Below, piece by piece: positions 50,297 to 60,801 of a DNA stretch of 64,000 nt. The notes under the pieces are model-generated. The model was not told the origin of the DNA. It worked only from the letters and a program-made list of their open reading frames with translations, and did not search any database. The DNA is from an uncultured Rivularia sp. (GTDB lineage: Bacteria > Cyanobacteriota > Cyanobacteriia > Cyanobacteriales > Nostocaceae). Each line of letters begins with the position of its first letter. Position 1 is the first letter of the stretch. The stretch is from positions 4,960,001 through 5,024,000 of the forward strand of contig OY762007.1 in assembly GCA_963665115.1 (NCBI GenBank), read 5' to 3'. The position numbers and the translations under genes are program-made.

Positions 50297-52324
50297 ATGG
50301 GTGTTGAGTCAGGCGCTACATCGGTTGGAGTAGGAAAATTCTCATTGAATGGTAAAAAAGCTAAAGCTAAATTAAGTAACAATAAAAAAATTCAGAAACT
50401 TCTGCCACCTAGTACGAAATTAGATTCGCCCCAAAACAATTGGACAATCGAAGAAAGTGAAGCACTCTACCGTATTGAAGGTTGGGGACAACCTTATTTT
50501 TCGATAAACGCGGCTGGTCATGTTACAGTTTCTCCGAAGGGCGAACGTGGTGGTTCTCTGGATTTGTACGAGTTGGTTAAAGCCCTCAAACTGCGTAATT
50601 TGGGTTTACCTTTGCTGATTCGCTTTTCTGATATTTTAGAAGACAGAATCGAGCGTCTTAATGCTTGTTTCGCTAAAGCTATAGCTCGCTATAATTATCC
50701 TGGCGTTTATCAAGGCGTATTTCCCGTTAAATGCAATCAGCAAAGGCATTTTATTGAGGATTTAGTACGTTTTGGCAAACCCCATCAGTTTGGCTTGGAA
50801 GCAGGTTCTAAGCCAGAATTAATGATTGCTTTGGCACTGCTTGATACTGCGGGAGCTTTGTTAATTTGTAACGGCTACAAAGACAGTGAATATATTGAGA
50901 CTGCGATGTTAGCTCAGAGACTAGGGCAAACTCCAATTATAGTTTTAGAGCAAATTGAAGAAGTTGATTTAGTCATTGAAGTTAGCCGTCAATTAGAAAT
51001 TCAACCAATCTTGGGAATCCGCGCTAAACTTAGCACTCAAGGTATGGGACGCTGGGGAACTTCAAGTGGCGATCGGGCTAAGTTCGGTTTGAATATTCCG
51101 GAAATTATTCGCGCTGTTGACAAATTACGAAATGCCGATTTGCTTGATTCTTTACAGCTTTTGCATTTCCATGTCGGTTCGCAAATCTCAGCGATTAATG
51201 TAATTAAAGATGCTATCCAGGAAGCAAGCCGCATTTACGTTGAGCTAGTTTCCTTGGGAGCAAATATGAAATATCTTGATGTCGGTGGTGGTTTGGGGGT
51301 TGATTATGACGGTTCTCAAACCAACTTCTACGCTTCTAAAAACTACAATATGCAAAACTATGCTAACGATATTGTCGCAGAGTTAAAAGATGCCTGTAGA
51401 GAGCAAGATATTCCCGTACCAACACTGATCAGTGAAAGCGGACGAGCCGTTGCTTCCCATCAGTCGGTACTAATTTTTGACGTACTCAGTACCAGCGAAG
51501 TACCTTGCGATTCACCCGAACCAGTTCAAGAAGGTGAATCTCACATTATTTCCTATTTGTGGGAAACCTATCAATCTATCAGCGAAGAGAATTATCAAGA
51601 ATTTTATCACGACGCGGTTCAGTTCAAAGAAGAAGCCATTAGTCGTTTCAATTTGGGAATTTTATCTTTGAGGGAACGAGCCAAAGCCGAACAATTATAC
51701 TGGGCTTGTTGTTATAAAATTCTTAACATCATTAAGCAGCAAGAATACGTACCAGATGACATGGAAGACTTAGAAATTATTATGTCTTCTATTTATTACG
51801 TGAATCTTTCGGTGTTTCAATCGGCACCAGACTGTTGGGCGATAGACCAGTTATTCCCGATTATGCCCATACACCGTTTGGATGAAGAACCTACACGGCG
51901 CGGTATATTAGCTGACCTCACCTGCGACAGCGACGGAAAAATTGATAGCTTTATCGACTCGCGAGACGTTAAATCTGTTTTGGAACTACATCCTTTCAGA
52001 GCAGGAGAACCTTATTATTTAGGTATGTTTCTGAATGGAGCTTACCAAGAAATAATGGGTAACTTACATAACCTCTTTGGCGACACTAACACCATTCACA
52101 TTCAACTTACACCGAAGGGATATCAAATTAAACACGTAGTTAAAGGCGACACCATGAGCGAGGTAGTAGGTTACGTACAGTACGATGCCGAAGACATGGT
52201 AGAAAGAATCCGTCAGCGTTGTGAAGAAGCCTTAGAAGCAAACCAGATTACTATCGCGCAATCCCAGCGACTATTACAAACCTACGAACAAAGTTTAAGT
52301 AGGTATACTTATTTAAGTTCGTGA
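50297..52324 (+). CDS. speA: Biosynthetic arginine decarboxylase
   Basis: FPVKCNQ PLP lysine, GLEAGSKPEL, HFHVGSQI, DVGGGLGVDYDG, TCDSDG, GAYQE..GNLHNLFG. Confidence 0.97.
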   Translation: MGVESGATSVGVGKFSLNGKKAKAKLSNNKKIQKLLPPSTKLDSPQNNWTIEESEALYRIEGWGQPYFSINAAGHVTVSPKGERGGSLDLYELVKALKLRNLGLPLLIRFSDILEDRIERLNACFAKAIARYNYPGVYQGVFPVKCNQQRHFIEDLVRFGKPHQFGLEAGSKPELMIALALLDTAGALLICNGYKDSEYIETAMLAQRLGQTPIIVLEQIEEVDLVIEVSRQLEIQPILGIRAKLSTQGMGRWGTSSGDRAKFGLNIPEIIRAVDKLRNADLLDSLQLLHFHVGSQISAINVIKDAIQEASRIYVELVSLGANMKYLDVGGGLGVDYDGSQTNFYASKNYNMQNYANDIVAELKDACREQDIPVPTLISESGRAVASHQSVLIFDVLSTSEVPCDSPEPVQEGESHIISYLWETYQSISEENYQEFYHDAVQFKEEAISRFNLGILSLRERAKAEQLYWACCYKILNIIKQQEYVPDDMEDLEIIMSSIYYVNLSVFQSAPDCWAIDQLFPIMPIHRLDEEPTRRGILADLTCDSDGKIDSFIDSRDVKSVLELHPFRAGEPYYLGMFLNGAYQEIMGNLHNLFGDTNTIHIQLTPKGYQIKHVVKGDTMSEVVGYVQYDAEDMVERIRQRCEEALEANQITIAQSQRLLQTYEQSLSRYTYLSS

Positions 52325-52508
52325 ATCAACACCTGGAACCTCACCCCCAGCCCCTCTCCTTATTAAGGGAGAGGGGTGTAAGAATTCTTCTTTCCCTTCT
52401 CCTTGACAAGGAGAGGGTGCGCGTCAGCGCGGGGTGAGGTTTCGAGTGTATTGTACTCAACAAATAATTGTGTCAGCTAGTATCGAATAAAAATATATCA
52501 AAGTATAC

Positions 52509-52862
52509 TCATCTATCTTCAAAAGAAATACAAACCTTTGTCTTCGCTGGAGATAATGATTGTTTATTCTTAACAACAATTTCCACATCACAATCGAAAG
52601 CATTCAAAAACCGAAAAAGTCGCTCTATTGAAAAACCAGGTAATTTTCCTTTTATTAAAGCAGATACTTTTGGTTGATCTATTCCTAATATTCTTGCAGC
52701 TTCTTTTTGAGTAATTTTTTGCTCTGCGATAATTTTGGCAATTTGACGGGCTAATTCTGCTTTAATAACTAATTCTTCTGGATTCGCTAAACCTAAATCA
52801 GCAAATACATTTCCACTACCTTTAGTAACTTTTATTTCTTCACTTTTAAAATTTTCTGTCAT
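52509..52862 (-). CDS. XRE-HTH antitoxin (HigA-like)
   Basis: SGNVFADLG, TQKEAA.ILGIDQPKVSAL..GKL.GFSIERL. Confidence 0.88.
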   Translation of the reverse strand: MTENFKSEEIKVTKGSGNVFADLGLANPEELVIKAELARQIAKIIAEQKITQKEAARILGIDQPKVSALIKGKLPGFSIERLFRFLNAFDCDVEIVVKNKQSLSPAKTKVCISFEDR

Positions 52863-52881
52863 AAAATAGCCCTTTGATTCA

Positions 52882-53244
52882 CTATTGATAGTTTTGTTCG
52901 TAATGTTCTTTAGCTCGTGTTAATCGTGCTTCTATTAATTCAATTTCTTTTTTTGGTGTAGAAATTCCGCGTTTGGATTTCTTTTGAAAACTATGTAAAA
53001 TGTAAATTACATTTGCAAATTTAACTGTATACACAGCTCTGTAAGTATCGCTATCAAAATTCTCAACAATTTCTAATACTCCAGCACCCTTAAATCCTTT
53101 AAGTGGTTTAACGGCTGAATGTTTGTCACCACGTTGAGCCAAGTACAAAGCATAACCCATCACCTGCTGTACTTCTTCTGGAAACTCTTTCAAATCATCA
53201 AGCGAGCTACCAACCCATTCAACTGGTTTTAATAAATCACTCAT
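52882..53244 (-). CDS. RelE/HigB-like (Gp49-type) toxin
   Basis: W.GSS..DL..FP, KPLKGF.GAGVLEI, YRAVYTV, LHSFQKKS..GI.TP; toxin-first gene order. Confidence 0.88.
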   Translation of the reverse strand: MSDLLKPVEWVGSSLDDLKEFPEEVQQVMGYALYLAQRGDKHSAVKPLKGFKGAGVLEIVENFDSDTYRAVYTVKFANVIYILHSFQKKSKRGISTPKKEIELIEARLTRAKEHYEQNYQ

Positions 53245-53371
53245 ATTCTCAATATGCTAGTTTTGGCATATTTTGTCAATCATTGATGAGTCAGGGTAAG
53301 GAGTGGGGAACGCTAAAACACAGATATATGCTAGGATTCAGAGTTAAGGAACACATAACGCGAGTTAAGTT

Positions 53372-53656
53372 ATGGAGCAAGTTACATTACCTTCCGTTCT
53401 TACCTTGGAAGAAGTTTCAGAATATTTACGTTTGCCGATTGAAACTTTGCAGCGTCAAGCTCAATTAGGAAAACTTCCAGGTCGTAAAATCGAAAATGAA
53501 TGGAGATTTTTGAAGGTAGCTATTGATGATTGGTTACGTCAAAATAGTCGCTCTACCTTACTTCAACAAGCGGGTGCTTTTGCTGATGATGCTTCGCTGA
53601 CGGAATTAAGAGAAAGTATTTATCAAGCCAGAGGACGTTCGGAAGTTGATGAGTAA
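53372..53656 (+). CDS. Excisionase-like (HTH_17) DNA-binding protein
   Basis: LTLEEVSEYLRL...TL...A..GKLPG.KI..EWRF....ID.WL. Confidence 0.8.
   Translation: MEQVTLPSVLTLEEVSEYLRLPIETLQRQAQLGKLPGRKIENEWRFLKVAIDDWLRQNSRSTLLQQAGAFADDASLTELRESIYQARGRSEVDE
53609..53656 (+). repeat. Direct repeat copy 1 (3' end of HTH_17 gene)
   Basis: 43/48 nt identical to 54353-54400, including the stop codon. Confidence 0.88.
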
Positions 53657-53670
53657 ATATAACCATAATA

Positions 53671-53961
53671 CTAACGAGGACGATTTTCTCGTCCGTGGTA
53701 GACGCGCAAAATGATCGCGTCATCTTCAAGAATGACGTAGTGAATCATATAACCGTATTTCCCAAAAGGAACTAAGAGTTTGCGTAAACCTGCGATTTCA
53801 TCTACTATTGCACCTCGACGGGGGTTCTCCTGCAAACTTTCAGCGGAAGAAACAATTGTTTGTATTGCTCGTGCTGCTGCTTCCGGATTATTTACTTTTA
53901 TAAAATCGTAATGGCGATTTAAGTCATCAGTAGCGTTTTGAGTCCAAACTATCTGGGACAT
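53671..53961 (-). CDS. ParE-family toxin
   Basis: IVWT..A..DL.....I...NP.AA......I....E.L..NP..G......R.L......Y.I.Y.......ILRVYHG. Confidence 0.88.
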   Translation of the reverse strand: MSQIVWTQNATDDLNRHYDFIKVNNPEAAARAIQTIVSSAESLQENPRRGAIVDEIAGLRKLLVPFGKYGYMIHYVILEDDAIILRVYHGRENRPR

Positions 53962-54296
53962 TAGTATTCTTCGTTGCTTCCTAAATTATCAGCCCATTCG
54001 CGTACAACACTATGTGGAATCCCAGAACCTTTACGACGGTATTCTTTAAGGGCTAATTTACTTTGCTCAATCATTTCGGCTTCGGTAAGAGGTTGAAAAT
54101 TTAATGCTGAGTCTACCTCACCGTATTCAAAGGATTGTTCTACAACTTCAGTCGGTTGATTTATAATTAACTGCTCAAAATCTTCTAAATTCTCAGATGA
54201 ACTCGTTAACCATGTTAAAAGGATAGTTTTGACTTCTTCTGGTGGCAATGGTTCAAGATGCTCTAATATTTGCTGCTTAATATTGCTTGCTGTCAT
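53961..54296 (-). CDS. Putative antitoxin of the ParE-type toxin
   Basis: Acidic 111 aa ending GIPHSVVREWA; its stop overlaps the toxin start. Confidence 0.6.
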   Translation of the reverse strand: MTASNIKQQILEHLEPLPPEEVKTILLTWLTSSSENLEDFEQLIINQPTEVVEQSFEYGEVDSALNFQPLTEAEMIEQSKLALKEYRRKGSGIPHSVVREWADNLGSNEEY

Positions 54297-54352
54297 AATT
54301 TTTAAATTTTGTACTAGTTTTATGTATATAAATCAATGGTAAAGCATCATAT

Positions 54353-54400
54353 AGAGAAAGAATCTATCAAGCTAGGGGACGTTCGGAAGTTGAAGAGTAA
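54353..54400 (+). repeat. Direct repeat copy 2 (orphan copy of HTH_17 gene 3' end)
   Basis: AGAGAAAGAATCTATCAAGCTAGGGGACGTTCGGAAGTTGAAGAGTAA. Confidence 0.88.
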
Positions 54401-54718
54401 TAAATTAATATAGCGCGTTATTTTTATCATAAATAGTGATTGGTGCGTGACGTTCGTAACAAAATTTTGTGCTGTGTTCAAATTCTTTCATAACGTCACA
54501 CACCCTACAAATAATTAACAATTACCAATTACCAATTACCAATTACCAATTACCAATTACCAATGCCCTATGCCCTATGCCCTATGCCCTATGCCCTATG
54601 CCCTATGCCCTATGCCCTATGCTCCATTACCAATTACCAATTCCCAATTCCCAAAAACAAAACCCAGCTTCTTGAAAAAGAAACCGGGTTTTATGTGATT
54701 TAATATTCAAATTCCCGT

Positions 54719-55888
54719 TCAATTAGGATTTGTTTCTAACAACTCAGCAATAGCTTGACGTTCTGCGGGATTATGAGCGGGTGGTGTTTGACGGGCATCG
54801 GTAATTAACCAATCCAAAGCTGCTGCTTGAACGTCAATTGATGCTCCGGTTTTATCGACGCAGTAACGACCGTAAACTAGTTTATCAACTAACATTACTC
54901 CAGGGCCAAGGCGAGAATATTCAAAAATCACGCTGTTTTCTACGGTAGCACCGCTACATACGCAGCAGGAAGGGCCAATATAAACCGGGCCAACTATTTT
55001 AGCTCCATCTTCTATTTTGGTCATTGCACCAATGTAAACTGGGCCGGTAATATCTACTTTGTCCCAATTGACAGCAACGTTTAAACCAGTGTAAATTCCT
55101 TCTTTGACTTGATTTCCGGGGATTTGGACGTTTTTGATTTGCCCTGAAAGTACGCCGCGAATTGCTCGCCAATAATCAGGTACTTTACCGATATCTACCC
55201 ATTCAAAGTCCATTGCTTTGGCGTAGAATGGCGCACCCATTTCTACAAGTTTGGGGAATAAGTCGCCACCGATGTCATACTCAACATTAGAAGGAATATG
55301 TTCAAATATCTCTGGTTCAAAAATGTAAATACCAGTACTGATATTTGTACTTTTAGCTTCCTCGACAGTTGGTTTTTCTTGGAATTCCTTGACACGGCCA
55401 TCATCATCGGTAACAACAATACCGTAACTAGAAACTTCTTCTTTAGGTACGCTTTTAGTGACGATTGTGGCGATAGAACCCTTTTCTCTATGCCATTTCA
55501 CGGCAGCAGTTAAATCCAGGTCAATTAAAGCATCACCGCATAATACAATAAAAGTATCGTCGAAAAACGTTTTAAAGTCCTGAATTTTTCTCATTCCACC
55601 AGCAGAACCGATGGCTTTTCCGACTAATTTACCGTTATCATCAATACTACCTTCAAAAGAATAACCAATTTCTACACCAAACCGCTGACCGTCACGAAAA
55701 TAACTTTCGATTTCTTCAGCCAAATGACTAACGTTGACCATAATTTGATCGAAGCCATGCTGACGTAACAGTTCAAGCAAAAATTCCATCACTGGCTTTT
55801 GCAGGATGGGAATCATCGGTTTGGGAGTTGTATAGGTAATCGGACGAACGCGAGTACCTTTACCCGCAGCCAAAATCATTGCTTTCAT
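54719..55888 (-). CDS. cugP: Cyanobacterial UDP-glucose pyrophosphorylase / NDP-sugar synthase
   Basis: MKAMILAAGKGTRVRPIT..PKPMIPILQKPVMEFL, FQEKP, C-terminal left-handed beta-helix. Confidence 0.85.
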   Translation of the reverse strand: MKAMILAAGKGTRVRPITYTTPKPMIPILQKPVMEFLLELLRQHGFDQIMVNVSHLAEEIESYFRDGQRFGVEIGYSFEGSIDDNGKLVGKAIGSAGGMRKIQDFKTFFDDTFIVLCGDALIDLDLTAAVKWHREKGSIATIVTKSVPKEEVSSYGIVVTDDDGRVKEFQEKPTVEEAKSTNISTGIYIFEPEIFEHIPSNVEYDIGGDLFPKLVEMGAPFYAKAMDFEWVDIGKVPDYWRAIRGVLSGQIKNVQIPGNQVKEGIYTGLNVAVNWDKVDITGPVYIGAMTKIEDGAKIVGPVYIGPSCCVCSGATVENSVIFEYSRLGPGVMLVDKLVYGRYCVDKTGASIDVQAAALDWLITDARQTPPAHNPAERQAIAELLETNPN

Positions 55889-56178
55889 AAATACTTAGTC
55901 CTCAACCACAAGCCAGTTTACGTAGATTAAGCGATACTTCATCATCTGTTTTAATTTGTATCAAGTCATCCCTAAAAGCACGGATAATGCACTTATAATG
56001 CATTCATATAATAGGTATTGGCAGATAAAACGATCCGAAATTGCCAATATTCCAGTTTACTCACATTTGAGTGTCCAACTCAAAGCTCGCATATAAAGCT
56101 TTCTCGAAAACCAGAGCGGCGGCAAAAAGCCATATCTGTTTTCTGTACTAAAGAGCCGGATTATTCCTCTCTCAGAAA

Positions 56179-57012
56179 TTAACTCGCTGCTTGAGACATC
56201 GGATTACTATTGCATTCTGCAAGCAAGCGGATTTTTACTTCCTGATAAAAATCTTCTTGATATAACTCTACTTTCGATTGAGCCGAGAGCAGCAGCAATG
56301 CCCAGAATACGCTCACAGTATGAGAATTTTCACCATGAGAATGGTCTTTACCTAAATCCGATATTGACTGAGTTTGCGACCACCACTCCACCAACTGTTC
56401 CAAATTCATCCAGTTTTCTCCTAGATGTAGCTCGGCTGTTTTAGTCTGCAAAACTTGTTCTAATTCTCCAGCAACCGCTGTGAGATTTTCTTGATGTGCT
56501 AATTCTAATGCTGCCTTTAGAGTTCTAATACCGGGCTGGCGTTTTTTTGCCAAAGGTCTGGTTTTTTGTACCAATTGCAGTTGGTTAGCCATTACCTGCA
56601 ACTGGTCTATTAACTCTTGTAAACTTACCCGACGAGCAGGTGGAGGCATTGCGGAACGTCGCCGCCGCAACTGTTTCTCCAAAGGCAGCCTAGCTATACG
56701 CTCATTCAACCCATCTTCACCATCGAGCAGAAACTCATCAGCCATTGAAGCATCTATTTCGTCTTCTGCTGACTGCAATTCCATCAAAGTATTAGCTTTG
56801 AATAACACCAGCATCGAAGCCGATAAAAATGCTTGTCCCGATTGAGACAAATCTGATTCATACCCCTTCCGCCTTTTCTCAGGTGCCATGAGTTCTATAT
56901 AACGGTCTATCACCTCAACTACCTGCACATCCCAAGGATCAATTTCTCCTCGTTCGGCTTGATTAATAAGTTGTGCGATCGTTTCTAAAAGCTCAGAAGC
57001 ATCCATCGACAA
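56179..57012 (-). CDS. scpA: Segregation and condensation protein A
   Basis: GEIDPWDV.V..VID, FL.AS.LV.FKA, V.L.ELI..L, FWALLLL..Q.KVEL.Q..FY. Confidence 0.88.
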   Translation of the reverse strand: MSMDASELLETIAQLINQAERGEIDPWDVQVVEVIDRYIELMAPEKRRKGYESDLSQSGQAFLSASMLVLFKANTLMELQSAEDEIDASMADEFLLDGEDGLNERIARLPLEKQLRRRRSAMPPPARRVSLQELIDQLQVMANQLQLVQKTRPLAKKRQPGIRTLKAALELAHQENLTAVAGELEQVLQTKTAELHLGENWMNLEQLVEWWSQTQSISDLGKDHSHGENSHTVSVFWALLLLSAQSKVELYQEDFYQEVKIRLLAECNSNPMSQAAS

Positions 57013-57180
57013 GTACTAGAATTTAGGTTAAAGGTCAAAGGATAGGAGTTAGGAGTTAGGAGTTATAAGTAGTGAGTAGTTAAGAATTTAAAAGTTTTTT
57101 TACCCCCCTCTCTCCCTTCGGGTTCACCACTTCTCTCAACGGAGGGAACCTCCGCACGAGAGTGGATTCACCATCCCCCA

Positions 57181-57519
57181 TCAAGCGTTAGCTGAATCGC
57201 TAGCTGCTGTTAAAGAAGGTTGCAGGGATTGAACTTGAGCTTGGTACTCTTCAATCTTGGATTCTAATTGTTGAATTTTAACGTTCTTTTGATGAACTTT
57301 TTGACCAGACCATAATAGTCTTTCCAAATGAGTCCAAACGCTAAATAACCAAGCTAAAACTCCACCCAAGCCTAATGCTATAAGCAACTCAACTGAAATT
57401 GGTGCTTGCACTTCCATACCTGGAATTAGATGAATGGTTCCTAATTCTGTATTTTCTATACTGAATAAAGCGAAAGCTAAACAAAAAATAAAAATTATCG
57501 CAAAATTTACTTGTCTCAT
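57181..57519 (-). CDS. LapA (DUF1049)-family membrane protein
   Basis: F..EN...TI.L.P......P....L....G.G, two TMs then a coiled coil. Confidence 0.75.
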   Translation of the reverse strand: MRQVNFAIIFIFCLAFALFSIENTELGTIHLIPGMEVQAPISVELLIALGLGGVLAWLFSVWTHLERLLWSGQKVHQKNVKIQQLESKIEEYQAQVQSLQPSLTAASDSANA

Positions 57520-57951
57520 TGGAAACTATCCAGTTAAGTAATTAATTGTTGCTATTGTTTCCCCAGTCTTTCCAATCAATACCATTGTGAATGGTAAATA
57601 TTAGTTGTGCAACGCCTGATATCTTGCACTGGTATCAATGCAGTGGTTACACACATACGACCAATAAAGTATAAGAATAAAATTCACCAGGAAAGTATAT
57701 CACGATATTTTTATACCTTTACTCAGAAAAAATAAAATAATATTTTAATTTCGATCTTTATACTGAGGCAAGAATAAAAATAGCGACACAAAAGGTAAGG
57801 ACATAATTTTGAATTAACTTTTCCCTAACTTTTCTGCTCTAGCAATCTGAAGACCGGATATATTTTTCATTGGCATTCATCTATTCCTCTTTAGACTACT
57901 TACAATCGTTTTATATAACCAGTATTAAAGAATACTAATCGGGAAGAAATT

Positions 57952-58138
57952 AGGAGTAGGGAGTAGGGAGTAGGGAGTAGGGAGTAGGGAGTAGGGAGTA
58001 GAAAGTAGAAAGTAGGGAGTAGAAAGTAGAAAGTAGGGAGTAGGGAGTAGAAAGTAGGGAGTAGAAAGTAGAAAGTAGGGAGTAGAAAGTAGAAAGTAGG
58101 GAGTAGAAAGTAGAAAGTAGGGAGTAGGGAGTAGAAAG
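57952..58138. repeat. Long STRR array of two interleaved heptamers (GGGAGTA / GAAAGTA)
   Basis: About 26 tandem 7-mers. Confidence 0.92.
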
Positions 58139-58256
58139 CGTGTGAAATTATAAGAAGTAAGTAGTGCGAGCATCTTACTTGCTTGCGACTACAACTGAGT
58201 TAAAATGCTCGCACTACTATTTTGAGAGCAACTGGTAACTGGTAACTGATAACTGT

Positions 58257-59306
58257 TCACTGTTCGCTGTTTTTCTGAATAGCGTCGAAGGTACCTTTAA
58301 CAGTTCCTGCGATCGGAATGGCAACTAAAGTTCCTAATAATCCGGCAATCTCGAAACCGACTAAAATCACAACGAAAATCCAGATGGGATTGAGTCCGAT
58401 AAAATTTCCTAGCAATTTTGGGGCTATCAGATTATCTTTAACCTGCTGCATCAATATTGAGAAGAATGCTAATTGAGTTGCTAACCACCAATTTTGTAGC
58501 AGCAGCAATATAGTAACGAAGCCAATACCTAAAGTTGCTCCAATAAAGGGAATAAGCTGGGATATGCCGATGACTACAGCAAATAAAAAAGCAAATGGAA
58601 TTCCAATAACTAAAAAAATTGGTGTCAGACTTGCCACCATGAACAGTGCTAGTAAAAATTGGCTGAGAAAAAAGTAGTGGAAATTCAGTCTTAAAGATTT
58701 ACTTAAAGGAAGTCGGATTTTTTCGGGTAGGAGATTTACTAAGCCATACCAAAGGCGATCGCCATATAAAAGCATATAAAACGCCAGCACTATAACTAAG
58801 ATGGTATTTACTAACGTTGATACCAAGGTTCCCGCAAATCCTACGGCACCAAGCGGTAATTCCTTGAGTAAGTTTTCGATGCTGGCATTAGTTTGATTAG
58901 CTAATATTTTTAAGTTGATTAACGGTAAGTGCCGTCTTTTCGCTATTGCTTCAACTTGTTCTAACTGGCTTTGAAAGCTGTTTAACCAATCGGGGATTTT
59001 ATCAGTGAGTTGAGTAGTTTGATTAATTACAAGAGGTACGAGGGTAATACCGATCAGAATCAGCAGCGCTAAAGTCAACAATAAAACTATAGTTACTGCC
59101 CATTGGCGTGAAATACGAGCGCTTTCTAAAAATCGAACTGGATAATTGAGCAAAAAAGCTAGGATTGCTGCAATACTTAAAATAGTAAGTGGATGACGAA
59201 AGTAATGAAAAACTACAGAGAGCAGTCCCACGTTAAGAGCTATAATCGGGGCGCTCAAACCATATACTAATAAGTTTTTTAGGGAAGCCCAACGGCGCAT
59301 CCGCAT
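58257..59306 (-). CDS. AI-2E (PerM) family transporter
   Basis: AAILAFLLNYPV, FYMLLYG, LIPFIG, QQVKDNLIAPKLLG..IGLNP. Confidence 0.9.
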   Translation of the reverse strand: MRMRRWASLKNLLVYGLSAPIIALNVGLLSVVFHYFRHPLTILSIAAILAFLLNYPVRFLESARISRQWAVTIVLLLTLALLILIGITLVPLVINQTTQLTDKIPDWLNSFQSQLEQVEAIAKRRHLPLINLKILANQTNASIENLLKELPLGAVGFAGTLVSTLVNTILVIVLAFYMLLYGDRLWYGLVNLLPEKIRLPLSKSLRLNFHYFFLSQFLLALFMVASLTPIFLVIGIPFAFLFAVVIGISQLIPFIGATLGIGFVTILLLLQNWWLATQLAFFSILMQQVKDNLIAPKLLGNFIGLNPIWIFVVILVGFEIAGLLGTLVAIPIAGTVKGTFDAIQKNSEQ

Positions 59307-59357
59307 ATTTTTTTTAATTTTGTAGTATTTCTATAATTTTGCAATCAAACAATTGTA

Positions 59358-60002
59358 ATGGATAAAAATATAGCTAACCTTCGTCAAGACTACACTTTGC
59401 AGGGCTTAAGCGAAACCGAGATTGATTCTAATCCTTTTGCACAATTCAAAGAATGGTTCGATCGAGCATTGAGTGCCGATATCCTAGAACCAAACGCCAT
59501 GATGGTGGCGACTACTACAACAGAAGGTAAACCGTCGGCGAGAATGGTGTTGTTAAAAGATTTTGACGCACGCGGTTTTGTCTTTTATACCAACTACAAT
59601 AGTCAAAAAGCACAAGAATTAGCAGAAAATCCTCAAGCTGCTTTGGTGTTTTGGTGGGCAGAATTGCAACGTCAAGTAAGAATTTGCGGACGAGTAGAAA
59701 AAATCTTAGACAGTGAATCAGATAAATATTTCTACAGTCGTCCTTTGAGCAGCCGCTTGGGTGCTTGGGCATCTAATCAAAGTGAAGTTATCGAAAATCG
59801 AGAAGTGCTTGAGCAACACTTGGAAGAATTAAAAGAAAAATATCAAGATCGAGAAGTTCCTCGTCCGTCTCATTGGGGTGGAATTCGAGTTATACCAGCA
59901 GAAATGGAATTTTGGCAAGGACGTTCGAGCCGTCTTCACGACCGTTTAGTTTATACAAGAATGGAAGATGGTAGTTGGAAGATTGAGCGGTTGTCGCCTT
60001 AG
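59358..60002 (+). CDS. pdxH: Pyridoxamine 5'-phosphate oxidase
   Basis: EPNAM.VAT, ARMVLLK, FYTNYNS.K, RQVRI, EFWQGR.SRLHDR, RLSP. Confidence 0.96.
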   Translation: MDKNIANLRQDYTLQGLSETEIDSNPFAQFKEWFDRALSADILEPNAMMVATTTTEGKPSARMVLLKDFDARGFVFYTNYNSQKAQELAENPQAALVFWWAELQRQVRICGRVEKILDSESDKYFYSRPLSSRLGAWASNQSEVIENREVLEQHLEELKEKYQDREVPRPSHWGGIRVIPAEMEFWQGRSSRLHDRLVYTRMEDGSWKIERLSP

Positions 60003-60213
60003 AGGTTGATTTCATGGTTAATCTGGCGGTTGAAACCGCTGCTACATAAGCGAAACCCACCTCCGTGGGTTAAATAATTTTCGTTGACTTTAGCTATTAG
60101 CCTCTTAATTGCATTTCCTGGTGAATGTCGAGAACGATAAAAACTTTAAATTAAAGATATTTGTAGCAATATAAACCATTGGTATAATTCATGAGTCAAA
60201 GGTTTTAATTTTT

Positions 60214-60339
60214 AGGAATGGCCGCAACTGACACAATTTTCTTGTAGGGTGTGTGACGCTACGAAAAAATATGAACGTAGTAATAAGACTTTTAGCGTCA
60301 CGCACCAACCGGGTATTGTGATAATTTCGTAAGTCCTGA
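60214..60339. mobile_element. Degenerate MITE-like insertion with an internal REP-like palindrome
   Basis: Right end CGTAAGTCCTG, degenerate left end AGGAATGGCCGCAACTGACACAAT; AATTTTTAG occurs at both junctions. Confidence 0.4.
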
Positions 60340-60352
60340 ATTTTTAGAATAA

Positions 60353-60670
60353 TTTAAAAACTATATTCTATTACTGACATTCACAGGTTTATTTATTAAC
60401 TTTACCTTTGATAAACAAACAAATCTTGTAACTGTCAGTCGCTACAGATGCTTTGGAATACTAGGGAAAAAAGTATCTCAATATTCTTTCGATGAAATTG
60501 TAGATATCAAATATAACCGTATATATTTAGGCGATTCTGGATACGGAAGTCAAGTTTTCTTGGTAGTACCAGACGGTGAAATCAAATTAAATCCCATCGG
60601 AATGATTTCAAAATATATAGATGGTTGTTATGTTGTAATAACTATTAAAAAGTTTATAGAAATGAAATAA
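60353..60670 (+). pseudogene. Start-less 105-codon open frame (gene remnant)
   Basis: ...INFTFDKQTNLVTVSRYRCFG....YSFDEIVDI...IKKFIEMK*; long for such AT-rich DNA; follows the insertion. Confidence 0.45.
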
Positions 60671-60801
60671 TTTTTAGTCCACGAAGGTGGACTTTGCCTG
60701 TGTAGCCGTGAATTCCATTCGCCAGATATTTATTTTTCACCCCCCAAAACAAAAGACACGACTTTTGCCGTGCCCTTACATTGCCGAGGAATCCATAATT
60801 C

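Noticed and set aside
53372..53656. Excisionase and lysozyme (3971-4630) as evidence of a prophage
   Set aside because: No integrase, structural or replication genes anywhere in the window
57925..58173. 82-aa ORF (TPYFLLS repeats), and the similar ORF at 54469-54675
   Set aside because: Translations of STRR heptamer arrays
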